This document shows, in pieces, positions 12,324 through 25,128 of a stretch of DNA of 64,000 nucleotides. Source of the stretch: Squalus acanthias (taxonomy: Eukaryota); the NCBI GenBank assembly GCA_030390025.1, contig CM059432.1:115694001-115758000 (forward strand), given 5' to 3'. A program made the position numbers and the translations under genes. The notes under the pieces were generated by a model that was not told where the DNA came from, made no database searches, and was given only the letters and a program-made list of their open reading frames with translations. Within the stretch, counting starts at the first letter, position 1. The number at the start of each line of letters is the position of its first letter.

Positions 12324-14267
12324 TGAAAGGATTTGCAAAATTTCATGGGGGAGAAATTCAGTATCGCCCCATTTGGGGCGCAATTATCGGCCGGGCGCAA
12401 AGATTAGCGCCTGGCGCTAATTATCGCCACCGACTGCAAACTTGACTTTTATCGCCCCTGGAGGTGATTGCAGCGCTATATCAGGCGCTTCACACCTGTC
12501 TTAAGGCGCAAAGGCCGAGGAGCGAGGCGCTACCTCAGAGCGCTGGCGAAGCTCATGTAATGTCAGTCAGCAATGGAACACACACACAATGGCACGGGCC
12601 AGTTCTTAAAGGGGATGGTTAATCTTGCTTTCCATCCACATCCTGCTCATTGCAGCCTTGAATCTCGGCCTGGAGAGACTTGCACATCAAATGTGCTGGA
12701 AAGAACAATGGAGAGTACCAGGCAAAGAGCTCAGAGTGCAGCCCCCATAGTCTCTGCTAAATCGATACAAGGAATGGAAAATCAAAATGAACCTGCAAAG
12801 TGCTGCTCAGTACCCAAAACTCCTTCACACAACGTTGAATCTCTCCAGAAGTCTCTCCCTCTCTCTCTCAGAATGCGTAGTTCAAAAATGGCACCAACAA
12901 TAAAAGGCAGGATATGGTCACCTTTAAATAGCGCTCCCCCTTTCCCTTCATGACTGCAGAACGCTCCCCTCAACCTGTCGTTGCTAGCGTCAGGCGGTAA
13001 GGCAGGGGGCGCCACTCAATATCCGCTCCGGGGCGATACCGGGGCGTTGCGCACTCGAGTGACGTCATGATCTGCCGGCGCAGGAGATCGTGGCGGTAGT
13101 GTTTAGCGCCGCCGCAAAATGTCTAGTTAATTTCACGAGCGGCGCAAACTTCGCCGCGCCTGGGCGCTAGATGCTTTGCGCCCCATTAGCGCCCTCTTAA
13201 GGCGCTAACGGGAGGCGCAACCAACTGAATTTTTCCCCCCATGTGTTCCCCCACCCCCCCGAAGATTTTATTGGACTAATTAAAAGGAACCCTGAGTTTT
13301 AAAATCCAGGGCATAACAAAATGGCTGCGGTCAGACCTCGTGACCGAGAGCCTGGCAGTTTCATTTCAGACTCTGGCAAGCTATCAGCTTGTGTATTCCG
13401 ATGTCTGCAGCAGGAAGTTCACGAAACCAGACAGGACCTTTCCTTATGCATTGGGGACAAACCCAATTACAATCAGGTCTACGCATAAGGCTTTCAAGGT
13501 GTTTGCTCAAATAATCAGCGGGGACATTGAGACTGGGCTGGCCCATCAACGAACCTGTCGGACAAAGGGAGCAGTTTGAGAACTGGCATGATACAATTAC
13601 CGGCCATCTAACATGATGGGCCAAGATCGGAACATTTTGTTAAAATTTCATTCTGCCCAGATCAGACAATAGAAATGAGCTGATCTGGCGGGAGATTACG
13701 ACGACCGGGAGGGTATAACTGGGAAGACCCAGCCACTCTCTCTCTCTCTCTCTGCCTCGGTCTCGGGTACCCTGTCTGTCTGCTAGCAGCCAAGAAAGAA
13801 GACCATCCAGAAACTTCGTAGCCACGTTTCGACGGCAGAGACAGGGTACAGGGCCAGGTTTTCCATCCATTTCACCGGTGAGCATTATCTTCTTCTGGCT
13901 GTCGCAAGACAATTTTAGTTAGGCATAAGGGTGGGAATTAATGGGGATATTGCTAAAATGGTAATTTTAGGATTTTCCCTCGATGTGTCCGTTCTCCTCT
14001 CCTGTTAAGTGTAAAACCGTACTGCATAGTGATTTCGTTTTCTTCATATAATACTGTTTCTCTGTGGTTTTACTTCTGTAAATAAACATTGGTTTTCCTT
14101 GCACCAATCCACGGGTCTGTTCGTTTGTCCTTATCGCCGCTCGATAAGTCCTGGGCTCAGAACTAGGAAGGGGATAGCGATTCGCAACCTGCACAGCGGG
14201 CAGGACAGCCCAGGAAAACATAACTGGCTGACCTACAAATAAGCCCCTGAGACAAAAACCCCTTACA
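12324..14267 (+). mobile_element. Solo LTR (~1.05 kb after removing nested MITE) inserted in the Harbinger transposase
   Basis: TGAAAGG...CCTTACA termini, perfect 4-bp TSD TACC (12320-12323, 14268-14271), AATAAA near 14080. Confidence 0.8.
12347..13239. mobile_element. CpG-rich Harbinger-type MITE nested in the solo LTR
   Basis: TIRs GGGGGAGAAATTCAGT / ACTGAATTTTTCCCCC, TSD CAT, many GGCGC/GCGCC subterminal motifs. Confidence 0.82.
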
Positions 14268-14453
14268 TACCAGAGATTATCGAGGGTCTTGCAGTCCACT
14301 GCACATAAATGCATAAATAAGGTGATGGATTGTTTGCCAGGGCTGGGAGTTATGTAAACTTCCCCTGTAATGACAATAGCCAGAATGTACAGGCACTTGG
14401 ATTTGCCTCTCTGGCTGGATTCCCACAGGTACAGGCTGTCATCGATTGCACAC

Positions 14454-15157
14454 AAAAAGGGAAGAGCAGAGAGACTTGGGGATGTTTGTGTACAAATCTT
14501 TGAAGGTGGCAGGACAGGTTAACAAAGCAGTTAATAAAGCATATGGCATCCTGGGTTTTATAAACAGAGGCATCGAGTGCAAAAACCAGGAAGTTATGCT
14601 AAACCTATATACACCACTAGTTCGGCCCCAGCTGGAGTATTGTGTCCAATTCTGGGCACCACACTTTAGGAAGGACGTGAAGGCTTTGGAGAGGGTACAG
14701 AAGAGATTTACTGGAATGGTTCCAGGAGTGAGGGATTACAGTTACGTGGATAGACTGGAGATTTTCTCTTTGGAGCAGAGAAGGCTAAGAGGAGATTTAA
14801 TAGAGGTGTTTAAAATCATGAAGGGTTTAGATAGAGTAAATAAAGAGAAACTGTTTCCAATGGCTGAAGGATCAATAACGAGAGGACACAGATTTAAGAT
14901 GATTGACAAAAGAACCAGAGGTGACATGAGGAAAAACTAACGAATGGTTAGGATTTGGAATGCCCTGCCTGATAGGGCGGTGGATACAGATTCAATAGTA
15001 GCCTTCAAAAGGGAATTGGATAAATACTTGAAGGAGAAAAAAATTGCAGGGGTATGGGGAAAGAGCGGGGGAGTGGGACTAACTGGATTGCTCTTCGAAA
15101 GAATCGGCGCAGACTCGATGGGCTGAATGGCCTCCTCTGCACTGTACTATTCTATGA
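14454..15157 (+). mobile_element. CR1 3' fragment inserted in the Harbinger transposase
   Basis: [17 protein letters not shown]...RRLRGDLIEVFKIM with ATTCTATGAT tail; transposase reads DCTH|VAIQAP across it. Confidence 0.9.
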
Positions 15158-15911
15158 TGTGGCAATCCAAGCACCACCACAGCAACCAAGAGGTTTTATT
15201 TGTCCATCTATGTGCAGCTGGTGTGCAACCACAAGAAGAGGTTCATGCAGCTTTGCGCCAGATTCCCTGGGAGCTGTCATGATGCATTCATACTGCGGCA
15301 GTCCAACCTCCTCGACCTTTTTGTTCCAGGAAGCAGACTTAAGGGCTGGCCCTTAGGAGACAAGGGATATCCCCATCAAACTTGGCTCATGACACCTGTG
15401 AGGAACCCCACCAATGAGGCAAAGGAGTGCGACAACGAGAGCCACATGACCACCCAGGTGTATCATGGAGCCAGCCATCGGAATGTTGAAGATGCGCTTC
15501 AGGTGCTTAGATAGGCCTGCAGGCTCCCTTCTGTACTTGCCAGCGAGGGTGTCCAGGATAATAGCGATGTGCTGCGTCCTGCACAACATTGCACAGCAGA
15601 GAGGATTGCAGGTGGAGGAGGACAAAGGGGCTCATCACTCATCTTCGGATAAGGAGAATATAGAGGAGGAGGAGGAAGAGGAGCAGGAGGTTGAAGAGGG
15701 GCACCCATCACCAGACCAGCTGCTTACATTGCTGCCAGGGATGCCCTAATATCGCGAAGGTTCATCTCGTGTTGACTCTCGCAACAAAACATAATGAAAT
15801 GCTGCAGTCCGCTCCAACCACCAGGACCACCCCCACCTTCCTTTGCACTAAACATCCTTCACCCACTCATCCACCCAATGCACATTCGCCCAATGGGTCC
15901 CGTCATGTATT

Positions 15912-16662
15912 GGCCCAGTAGCACCACTACTGACCGAGCTGGCCAAGTCCTGAAGGACATAGCTGCCAGACTGGGCTTGTGGCAGGAGGTGAGAGAACCA
16001 ACACAAGGGAAAAACCTACTTGACCTCGTCCTCACCAATCTACCTGTCGCAGATGCATCTGTCCATGACAGTATTGGTAGGAGTGACCACCTCACAGTCC
16101 TTGTGGAGACGAAGTCCCGTCCTTCACACTGAGGACACCCTCCATCGTGTTGTGTGGCGCTACCACCGTGCTCAATGGGATAGATTCAGAACAGATTTAG
16201 CAGCTCAAAACTAGGCATCCATGAGGTGCTATAGGCCATCAGCAGCAGTAGAATACATGCTAAACAACGGAAGCAGCATGCTATAGACAGAGCTAAGCAA
16301 TCCCACGACCAACGGATCAGATTAAAGCTCTGCAGTCCTGTCACATTCAGTCGTGAATGGTGGTGGACAATTAAACAACTAATGAAAGCAGGAGGTTCCA
16401 TAAAAATCCCCATCCTCAATGATGGCGGGGCCCAGCACATGAGTGCAAAAGACAAAGCTGAAGCATTTGCAATCATCTTCAGCCAGAAGTGCCGAGTGGA
16501 TGATCCATCTCGGCCTCCTTCTGAGGTCCCCACCATCACAGAAGCCAGTCTTTAGTCAATTCAATTCTCTCCACCTGATATCAAGAAATGGCTGAGCGCA
16601 CTAGATACAGCAAAGGCTATGGGCCCCGACAACATCTCGGCTGTCATGCTGAAGACTTGTGC
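15912..16662 (+). mobile_element. Internal fragment of APE+RT LINE family B (same family as 17855-20510)
   Basis: STTTDRAGQVLKDIAARLGL...NLLDLVLTNLP...IGRSDH (AP endonuclease C-terminus). Confidence 0.88.
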
Positions 16663-16899
16663 TCGATGAAGTGCATTCGGTGAGGGTGACTGAGACACAT
16701 GCATCACATTGCATCAGGATTGGGGTGAGTGTCAATGGTGGATGGATAAATGGGAGGTGATGAAGTGCATAGAAAGTGAAGGCTGGGTGCTCCTGAAAGT
16801 TGAGTGAATGTGAGGAGTGATGTGATGCAGAACAATTAGCAAGACAGAGTGAAGGAGGTGGGACTTAAACCACAGGATGTAGGTGAATCAGCCTATGTA

Positions 16900-17170
16900 C
16901 TCACTTTTCCTGACATGGTTAGGTTGTTAAGTCACTTCCTGCATTGCATCCAAGACCTGGGCACAACCCTTCTGCTGCTCACCTCCTCAGCTACCTCCAA
17001 CCACTCCTTCTTGGTGGGAGCCGCAGGTTTCTTCCTCACATTGCGGGGGAAAGGTTTGTCCCTCCTGCTCCTGACTGCACTCAGCAGCAAATCTAGTGAT
17101 GCGTCATTGAATCTGGGTGCTGCCCTTGCTCTATGTCCATCATCATTGTAAACATTTCCAATTCCCATCG
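16900..17170 (-). pseudogene. Harbinger Myb/SANT (NAIF1/MSANTD-like) DNA-binding exon
   Basis: RARAAPRFNDASLDLLLSAV...KKEWLEVAEEVSS...PRSWMQCRK*LNNLTMSGK|gtgagt, with an in-frame stop. Confidence 0.85.
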
Positions 17171-17854
17171 GTACATTGCCTCTTTAGATACAGCTGAGAT
17201 TGCGTAAGCGGGTACGCATCACACCCGCTGCGCAGTTTGGAGACCCAAAAACTGGAAGTCAAAATGAATTGCTTCAATTCAGTTGCGATCGCAAATTCCA
17301 ACCCACTGACTTGACTTAAGAATATAAGAAATAGAAGCAAGAGTCGGACTGAATAGCCAAATGACCTACTCCTGCTCCAATTTCTTATGTTCTTATAGGG
17401 CCCATTGAGCCTACTCCACCATTCAATAAGATCATGGCTGATCTTCGACCTCAACTCCACTTTCATGCCTGATCCCCATTTCCCTTGATTCCCTCAGAGT
17501 CCAAAAATCTATCATTCTCATCCTTGAATATACTCAACGACTGAGCATCCACAGCCCTCCAGGTTTTGCCCACGCAATGCCACCCACCCGTTCTGAAGTC
17601 GCCTTCAGATTATTGGGGCCTGTATTTCTGTTAAGCTTTGTCCCATAATTTGAATTGTTGGGTGCATTAGAGTCCAATAAATTTTGTACGTTGTTGATTG
17701 AGAGGTTGTCAGCATCAGACACTGGACGAGATTGAGTAGATTGGGCCTATACTCTCTGGAGTTTAGAAGAATGAGAGGGGACCTCATTGAAACATGTAAG
17801 AGTCTGAGGGGGTAGATGCTGAGAGGTTGTTTCCCCTGGCTGGAGAGTCTAGAA

Positions 17855-20510
17855 CTTTTTTTTTTATTCGCTTATGGGATCTGGGCATCGCTGGCAAGGC
17901 CAGCATTTATTGCCCATCCCTAGTTGCCTTTGAGAAGGTGGTGGTGAGCCACCTTCTTGAACTGCTGCAGTCCGTGTGGTGAAGGAACTCCCACAGTGCT
18001 GTTAGGTAGGGAGTTCCAGGATTTTGACCCAGCGACGATGAAGGATCGGCGATATACTTCTAAGTCAGGATGGTGAGTGACTTGGAGGGAAACTTGGAAG
18101 TAGTGGTGTTCCCATGCGCCTGCTGCCCTTGTCCTTCTAGGTGGAAGAGGTCGCGGGTTTGGGAGGTGCTGCTGAAGAAGCCTTGGCGAGTTGCTGCAGT
18201 GCATCTTGTAGATGGTACACACTGCAGCCACGGTGCGCCGGTGGTGGAGGGAGTGAATGTTTAAGGTGATGGATGGGGTGCCAATCAAACAGGCTGCTTT
18301 GTCCTCGATGGTGTCGAGCTTCTTGAGTGTTGTTGCAGCTGCACTCATCCAGGCAAGTGGAGAGTATTCCATCATACTCCTTACTTGTGCCTTGTAGATG
18401 GTGGAAAGACTTTGGGGAGTCAGGAGGTGAGACACTCACCGCAGAATACCTCGCCTCTGACCTGCTCTTGTTGCACCTGCTATGTGGCTGGTCCAGTTAA
18501 GCTTCTGGTCAATGGTGACCCCCAGGATGTTGATGGTGGGGTATTTGGTGATGGTAATGCCGTTGAATGTCAAGGGGAGGTGGTTAGACTCTCGCTTGTT
18601 GGAGATAGTCATTGCCTGGCACTTGTGTGGCGCGAATGTTACCTGCCACGTATCAGCCCAAGCCTGAACGTCGTCCAGGTCTTGTTGCATGCGGGCATGG
18701 ACTGCTTCATTATCTGAGGAGTTGTGAATGGCGCTGAACACTGTGCAGTCATCAGCGAACATCCCCATTTCTGACCTTATGTTGGAGGGATGGTCATTGA
18801 TGAAGCAGCTGAAGATGGTTGGGCCTAGGACACTGCCCTGAGGAACTCCTGCAGCGATGTCCTGGGGCTGTGATGATTGACCTTCAATCACCACAACCAT
18901 CTTCCTTTGTGCTAGGTATGACTCCAGCCAGTGGAGCGTTTTCCCCCTGATTCCCATTGACTTCAGTTTTACTAGGGCTCCTTGATGCCACACTCGGTCA
19001 AATGCTGCCTTGATGTCAAGGGCAGTCACTCTCACCTCACCTCTGGAATTCAGCTCCTTTGTCCATGTTTGGACCAAGGCTGTAATAAGGTCGGGAGCCG
19101 AGTGGTCTTGGCGGAACCCAAACTGGGCATCAGTGAGCAGGTTATTGGTGAGTAAGTACCGCTTGATAGCACTGTCGATGACACCTTCCATCACTTTGAT
19201 TGAGAGTAGACTGATGGGGCGGTAATTGGCTGGGTTGGATTTGTCCTGCTTTTTGTGGACAGGACATACCTGGGCAGTTTTCCACATTGTCGGATAGATA
19301 CCAGTGTTGTAACTGTACTGGAACAGCTTGGCTAGAGGCGCGGTTAGTTCTGGAGCACGTCTTCAGCACGATAGCCGGGATGTTGTCTGGGCCCATAGCC
19401 TTTGCTGTATCCAGTGCACTCAGCTGTTTCTTGATATCACGTGGAGTGAATCGAATTGGCTGAAGACTGGATGAAGACTGGTGGCGACCTCGGGAGTAGG
19501 CCGATATGGATCATCCACTCGGCACTTCTGACTGAAGATGGTTGCAAACGCTTCAGCCTTGTCTTTTGCACTCACGTGCTGGGCTCCACCATCATTGAGG
19601 ATGGGGATATTCATGGAGCCTTCTCCTCCCGTTAGTTGTTTTATGATCCACCACCATTCACGACTGGATGTGACAGGACTGCAGAGCTTTGATCTGATCC
19701 GTTGATTGTGGGATCGCTTAGCTCTGTCTATAGTATGCTGCTTCCACTTTTTAGCATTCATGTAGTCCTGTGTTGCAGCTTCCCCAGGTTGGCACCTCAT
19801 TTTTAGGTACGCCTGGTGCTGCTCCCAGCATGCTTTTCTGCACTCCTTATTGAAGCAGGGTTGGTCCCCTGGCTTGGTGGTAATGGTGGAGTGAGGGAGA
19901 TGCCATGCCATGAGATTACAGATTGTGGTCGAATACAATTCTGCTGCTGCTGATGGCCCATAGCGCCTCATGGATGCCCACTTTTGAGCTGCTAGATCTG
20001 TTCTGAATCTATCCCATTTAGCACGGTGGTAGTGCCACACAACACGATGGAAGGTGTCCTCAGTGTGAAGACGGGACTTCGTCTCCACAATGACTGTGCT
20101 GTGGTCACTGCTACCAATACTGTCATGGACAGATGCATCTGCGGCAGGTAGATTGGTGAGGACGAGGTCAAGTAGGCTTTTCCCTTGTGTTGGTTCTCTC
20201 ACCACCTGTCGCAGGCCCAGACTGGCAGTTATGTCCTTCAGGACTCGGCCAGCTCGGTCAGTAGTGGTGCTACCGAGCCACTCTTGTTGATGGACATTGA
20301 AGTCCCCCACCCAGACTACATTCTGTGCCCTTGCTACTCTCAGTGCTTCTTCCAAGTGGTGTTCAACATGGAGGCGTACTGATTCATCAGCTGAGGGAGG
20401 GTGGTAGGTGATAATCAGCAGGAGGTTTCCTTGCCTATGCTTGACCTGAAGCCATGAGACTTTATGGGGTCCGGAGTCAATGTTGAGGACTCCCGGGGCC
20501 ACTCCTTCCC
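17855..20510 (-). mobile_element. Non-LTR retrotransposon family B, nearly complete ORF2 (APE endonuclease + RT), frameshifted
   Basis: [46 protein letters not shown] and FADD motifs; AATAAA-containing 3' UTR and poly(A) at 17855. Splits a CR1 fragment (17727-17854 / 20511-20580). Confidence 0.92.
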
Positions 20511-20699
20511 GGGGCATTGTCTCAGGATAAGGGGTCGGCCATTTAAGACTGAGATGAGGAGACATTTCTTCACTCAGAGGGCAAAAGAGGTTGGGGCGCA
20601 ACACCATAGCGCCGCCGCAAATCTCCCACCGAATATGGCGGGAGTCGATGTCAGCGCCGCACCCGGTCACAAAGCCATTTGCGCCCTATTAGCGCCCCC

Positions 20700-23600
20700 T
20701 TTGTGTTTAGTATCTCTGTGGTTCTTGTTAAACTTGAGTAAATTTTTGTCTGTTTTCTCTAAGTTAGATCAGTGCATTAAACTAAAGTTTAGATGGTAGT
20801 CTATTAAATAGAGGCATAGCAGGGCACCTCAGTCCCATCGAATGTACATCCTGTGCCATGTGGGAAGTCCAGGATACTTCTCATGTCCTGGACAACCACA
20901 TGAGCAGGAAGTGTTGTCAGCTGGAGGAACTCGAGCTCCGGATTTTGGAACTTGCGCAGCGGCTGACGTCACTGCAGTGCATCCGCGAGGCTGAGAGTTA
21001 AGTGGATAGCATGTTTCAGGAGGTGGTCACCCCGCAGCTTTAAGAGCTTTTGCTGGCAGAGAGGGAATGAGTGACTGCAAGACAGACAAGGAGGACCAGG
21101 CAGGTAGGGCAGGAGTCCCCTGAGTGCATCTCGTTCGCCAACCGCCAGCCAGAGGTCGTTGTCCATATCGATACTAATGACACAGGTAGAAAAAGGGATG
21201 AGGTCCTACAGGCAGATTTTAGGGAGCTAGGAAAGAAATTAATACGCAGGACCTCAAAGGTAGTAATCTCCAGGTTACTCCTGGTGCCACGTGCCAGTGA
21301 GTACAGAGGATAGGGCAGATGGATGCGTGGCTGGAGAGATGGTGCAAGAGGGAGGGCTTTAGATTCCTGAGGCATTGGGACCGGTTATGGGGGAGGTGGG
21401 ACCTGTACAAGCCGGACAGGTTGCACCTCAACAGAACCGGGACCAATATCCTCGCGGGGAAGTCTGCTGGTGCTGTTGGGGAGGGTTTAAACTAACTTGG
21501 CAGGGGGATGGGAACCTGAGAGTAGATTCAGAAGGGAGAGAAGCAAAGCTGGAAATGGAAGGCAGTAAATCAGTAAGTGAGTTTGGAAGGCAGAGGAAAC
21601 AAAGGCTAGAAAATAAACAACAAAGGGGTTTGGCAGTGCTTAATGGTATATACTTCAATGCAAGGAGTCTGGTGAATAAGGCAGATGAGCTGAGGGCACA
21701 GATAAACACGTGGAAGTCTGATATCATAACTATTACTGAATCATGGCTGAAAGAAGGGCAGGAATGGCAGCTCAACATTCCTGGTTACCGGGTTTTCAGA
21801 CGAGATGGCGGGGCTGGGGGGGGGATAAAAAAGGAGGGGTGGGTCGCAATATAGATTAAAGAAATAATTACAGCTGTGAGGAGGGATGATCAGGCCATAT
21901 GGGTTGAACTGAAGAACAAAAAAGGGGCAGTCACACTGCTTGGAGCGTACTATAGACCTCTGAACAGTCAGAGGGAGATGGAAGAGCAAATATGTAGGCA
22001 AATTTCTGAGAAGTGCAAAAACAACAGGACAGTAATAGTAGGGGATTTCAACTTCCCTAATATTAACTGGGATAGAATCAATGTAAAAGGTACAGAGGGG
22101 ACAGAATTCTTAAAATGCATTCAGGAGAACTTTTTTAGCCAGTACGTAGCAAGCCCAACAAGAGTAGGTGCCATTCTGGACTTCGTTTTAGGGAATGAAG
22201 CTGGGCAGGTGGAAAGGGTATCAGTGGGAAAGCATTTTGGTGGTAGTGATCATAATTCAGTTAGATTTAGCGTAGTTATGGAAAAGGACAAAGATAGACC
22301 AGGAGTATAAGTTCTCAATTGGGGAAAGGCCAATTTTACTAAGCTGAGATGTGATTTAGCCAAAGTGGACTGGAAACAGCTACTTGAAGGTAAATCAGTG
22401 TCAGAGAAGTGGGAGGCATTCAAAGAGGAGATAGTGAGGGTTCAGAGCAAATATGTTCCCACAAAGAAAAAGTGTGGGACTCCCAAATCTAGAGCCCCTG
22501 GATGTCAAGGGGCATACAGAGTAGGACAAGGCAAACAAGATAAGCTTAGGTCAGATACCGAGAGCTAAATGCTGCAGAAAGCCTAGAGGAGTATAGAAAG
22601 TGCAGGGGTGAAATTAAAAAGGAAATTAGGAAAGCAAAGAGAGGGCATGAAAATATATTGGCAAGTAAAATCAAGGAAAACCCAAAGATGTTTTATAAAT
22701 TCATAAAGAGCAAGAGGATAACTAAACAAAGAGTAGGGCCTATTGGAGACTAAAAAGGAAGCTTGTGTGTGGAGGGGGAAGACGTGGGTATGGTTCTTAA
22801 TGAATACTTTGCGTCTGTCTTCACAAAAGAGAGGGACGATGCAGACATTGTTGTTGAGGAGGAGTGTGAAATATTAGATGAGATAAACACAGTGAGAGAG
22901 GAAGGATTAAGGGGTTTAGCATCTTTCAAAGTAGATAAATTGCCAGGCTCGAATGAAATGTATCCCAGGCTGTTGAGAGACGCAAGGGAGGAAATAGCAA
23001 AGGCCCTGACCATCATTTTCCAATCTTCCCTGGCTACAGGTGTGGTGCCAGAGGACTGGAGGACTGCTAACATTGTACTGTTGTTTAAAAAGGGAGAAAA
23101 GGCTAGTCCGAGTAATTACAGGCCAGTCAGCCTAACCTTGGTGGTGGGCAAATTGTTGGAAAAAATTCTGAGGGACAGTATTAATCGTCATTTAGAAAGG
23201 CACGGATTAATCAAGGATTTGTTAAGGGAAGGTCGTGTCTGACTAACTTGATTGAATTTTTTGAGGAGGTAACAAGGAGAGTTGATTAGGGTAGTGTGTT
23301 TGATGTAGTCTACATTGATTTTAACAAGGCTTTTGACAAGGTCCATCATGGCAGACTGGTCAGAAAAGTAAAAGTCCATGGGATCCAAGGGAAAGTGGCA
23401 AGTTGGATCCAAAACTGGCTCAGAGGCAGGAAGCAAAGGGTAATGGTCAATGGATGTTTTTGTGACTGGAAAGCTGTTTCCAAAGGGGTTCCACAGGGCT
23501 CAGTACTAGGTCCCTTGCTTGTTGTGGTATATATCAATGATTTAGACTTCAATGTAGGGGGCATGATTAAGAAGTTTGCAGATGATACAAAAATTGGCCG

Positions 23601-24494
23601 TATGGTTGGTAGTGAGGAAGAAAGCTGCAGACTGCAGAAGATATCAATGGACTGGTCAGGTGGGCAGAAAAGTGGCAAAAGGAATTCAATCTGGAGAAGT
23701 GTGAGGTAATGCATTTGGGAAGGGCTAACAAGGCAAGGGAATACACAATAAATGGTAGGATACTGAGAGGTGTAGAGGAACAGAGGGACCCTGGAGTGCA
23801 TGTCCACAGATCCCTGAAGGTAGCAGGACAGATAGATAAGATGGTTAAGAAGGCATTTGGGATACTTTCCTTTATTAGCCGAGGCAAAGAATATAAGAGC
23901 AGGAGGTTATGCTTGAACTGTATAAAACACTAGTTAGGCCACAGCTAGAGTACTGCGTACAGTTCTGGTCACCACATTACAGGAAAGATGCGATTGCACT
24001 AGAGAGGGTACAGAGGAGATTTACGAGGATGTTGCCAGGACTGGAGAATTTTAGCTATGAGGAAAGATTAGATAGGCTGAGGTTGTTTTCTTTGGAACAG
24101 AGGAGGCTGAGGGGAGACCTAATTGAGGTGTATAAAATTATGAGGGGCCTAGATAGAGTGGCTAGGAAGGACCTATTTCCCTTAGCAGTGAGGTCAATAA
24201 CCAGGGGGCATAGATTTAAAGTTATTGGTAGAAGGATTGGAGGGGAGTTGAGGAGAACTTTTTTCACCCAGAGGATGGTGGCGGTCTGGGACTCACTGCC
24301 TGAAAGGATGGTAGAGGCAGAAACCCTCATCACATTTAACAAATACTTGGATATGCACTTGAGTGTTGTAACCTACAGGGCTCCGGACCAAGAGCTGGAA
24401 AGTGGGATTAGGGTGGATAGCTCTTTGTCGGCCTGCACAGACAGGATGGGCCGAACGGCCTCCTTCTTTGCTGTAAATTTCTATGATTCTATGA
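20700..24494 (+). mobile_element. Near full-length decayed CR1 LINE (ORF1 Zn-finger/SGNH esterase + ORF2 APE/RT)
   Basis: ORF1 remnants ECTSCAMWE...RKCCQL and PEVVVHIDTND...LHLN. ORF2 remnants [53 protein letters not shown] tail. Confidence 0.93.
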
Positions 24495-24907
24495 GGAAGT
24501 ATACAGTGGTGTCCCCCAGGGGTCGGTTTTAGGACCACTGCTCTTTTTGATATATATTAATGACTTGGACTTGTGTATACAGGGCATAATTTCAAAGTTT
24601 GCAGATGACACGAAACTCGGAAATGTGGTGAACAATGAGGAGGATAGTAACAGACTTCAGGAGGACATAGACTGACTGGTGAAATGGACAGACTCATAGC
24701 ATATGAAATTTATCGCAGAGAAGTGTGAAGTGATGCATTTTGGTAGGAAGAATGAGGATAGGTGATATAAACTAAATGGCACAATTTTAAAGGGGGTGCA
24801 GCAACAGAGAGACCTGGGGGTGTATGTACACAAATCTTTGAAGGTGGCAGGACAAGTAGAGACAGCTGTTATAAAAGCATATGGGATCCCTGGCTCCATT
24901 AATAGAG

Positions 24908-25110
24908 AGGTCGCACAACACCAGGTTATAGTCCAACAGTTTTATTTGAAATCACAAGCTTTCGGAGCTATCGATTTGCTCCTTCCTCAGGTGAAGTTCG
25001 ATAGCTCCGAAAGCTTGTGATTTCAAATAAAACTGTTGGACTATAACCTGGTGTTGTGCGACCTCTCAATTTTGTCCACCCCAGTCCAACACCGGCATCT
25101 CCGCATCATG
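24908..25110. mobile_element. Penelope-like inverted (fold-back) mini-element
   Basis: Perfect 70-bp inverted repeat (24905-24974 / 24998-25067), 13-bp direct flank TCCATTAATAGAG (24895-24907, 25111-25123), hammerhead core on the minus strand. Confidence 0.8.
24953..24993 (-). ncRNA. Minimal type I hammerhead ribozyme motif
   Basis: CAC-CUGAGGA-A-GGAGC(AAAUCGAUA)GCUCC-GAAA-GC-UU-GUG: intact CUGANGA and GAAA cores, stem II, stem I CAC/GUG, palindromic AAGCUU stem III. Confidence 0.65.
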
Positions 25111-25128
25111 TCCATTAATAGAGCCACA

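Larger units (their letters stand above)
11557..17620 (+). mobile_element. Formerly autonomous PIF/Harbinger element (transposase on +, Myb/SANT on -) disrupted by nested insertions
   Basis: Transposase pieces at ~11980-12323 ([18 protein letters not shown]), 14272-14453 (QSTAHKC...GFPQVQAVIDCTH) and 15158-15750 ([33 protein letters not shown]). Myb/SANT at ~16900-17170. Inverted subterminal motifs AGAACGGATGGG / CCCACCCGTTCT. Confidence 0.8.
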
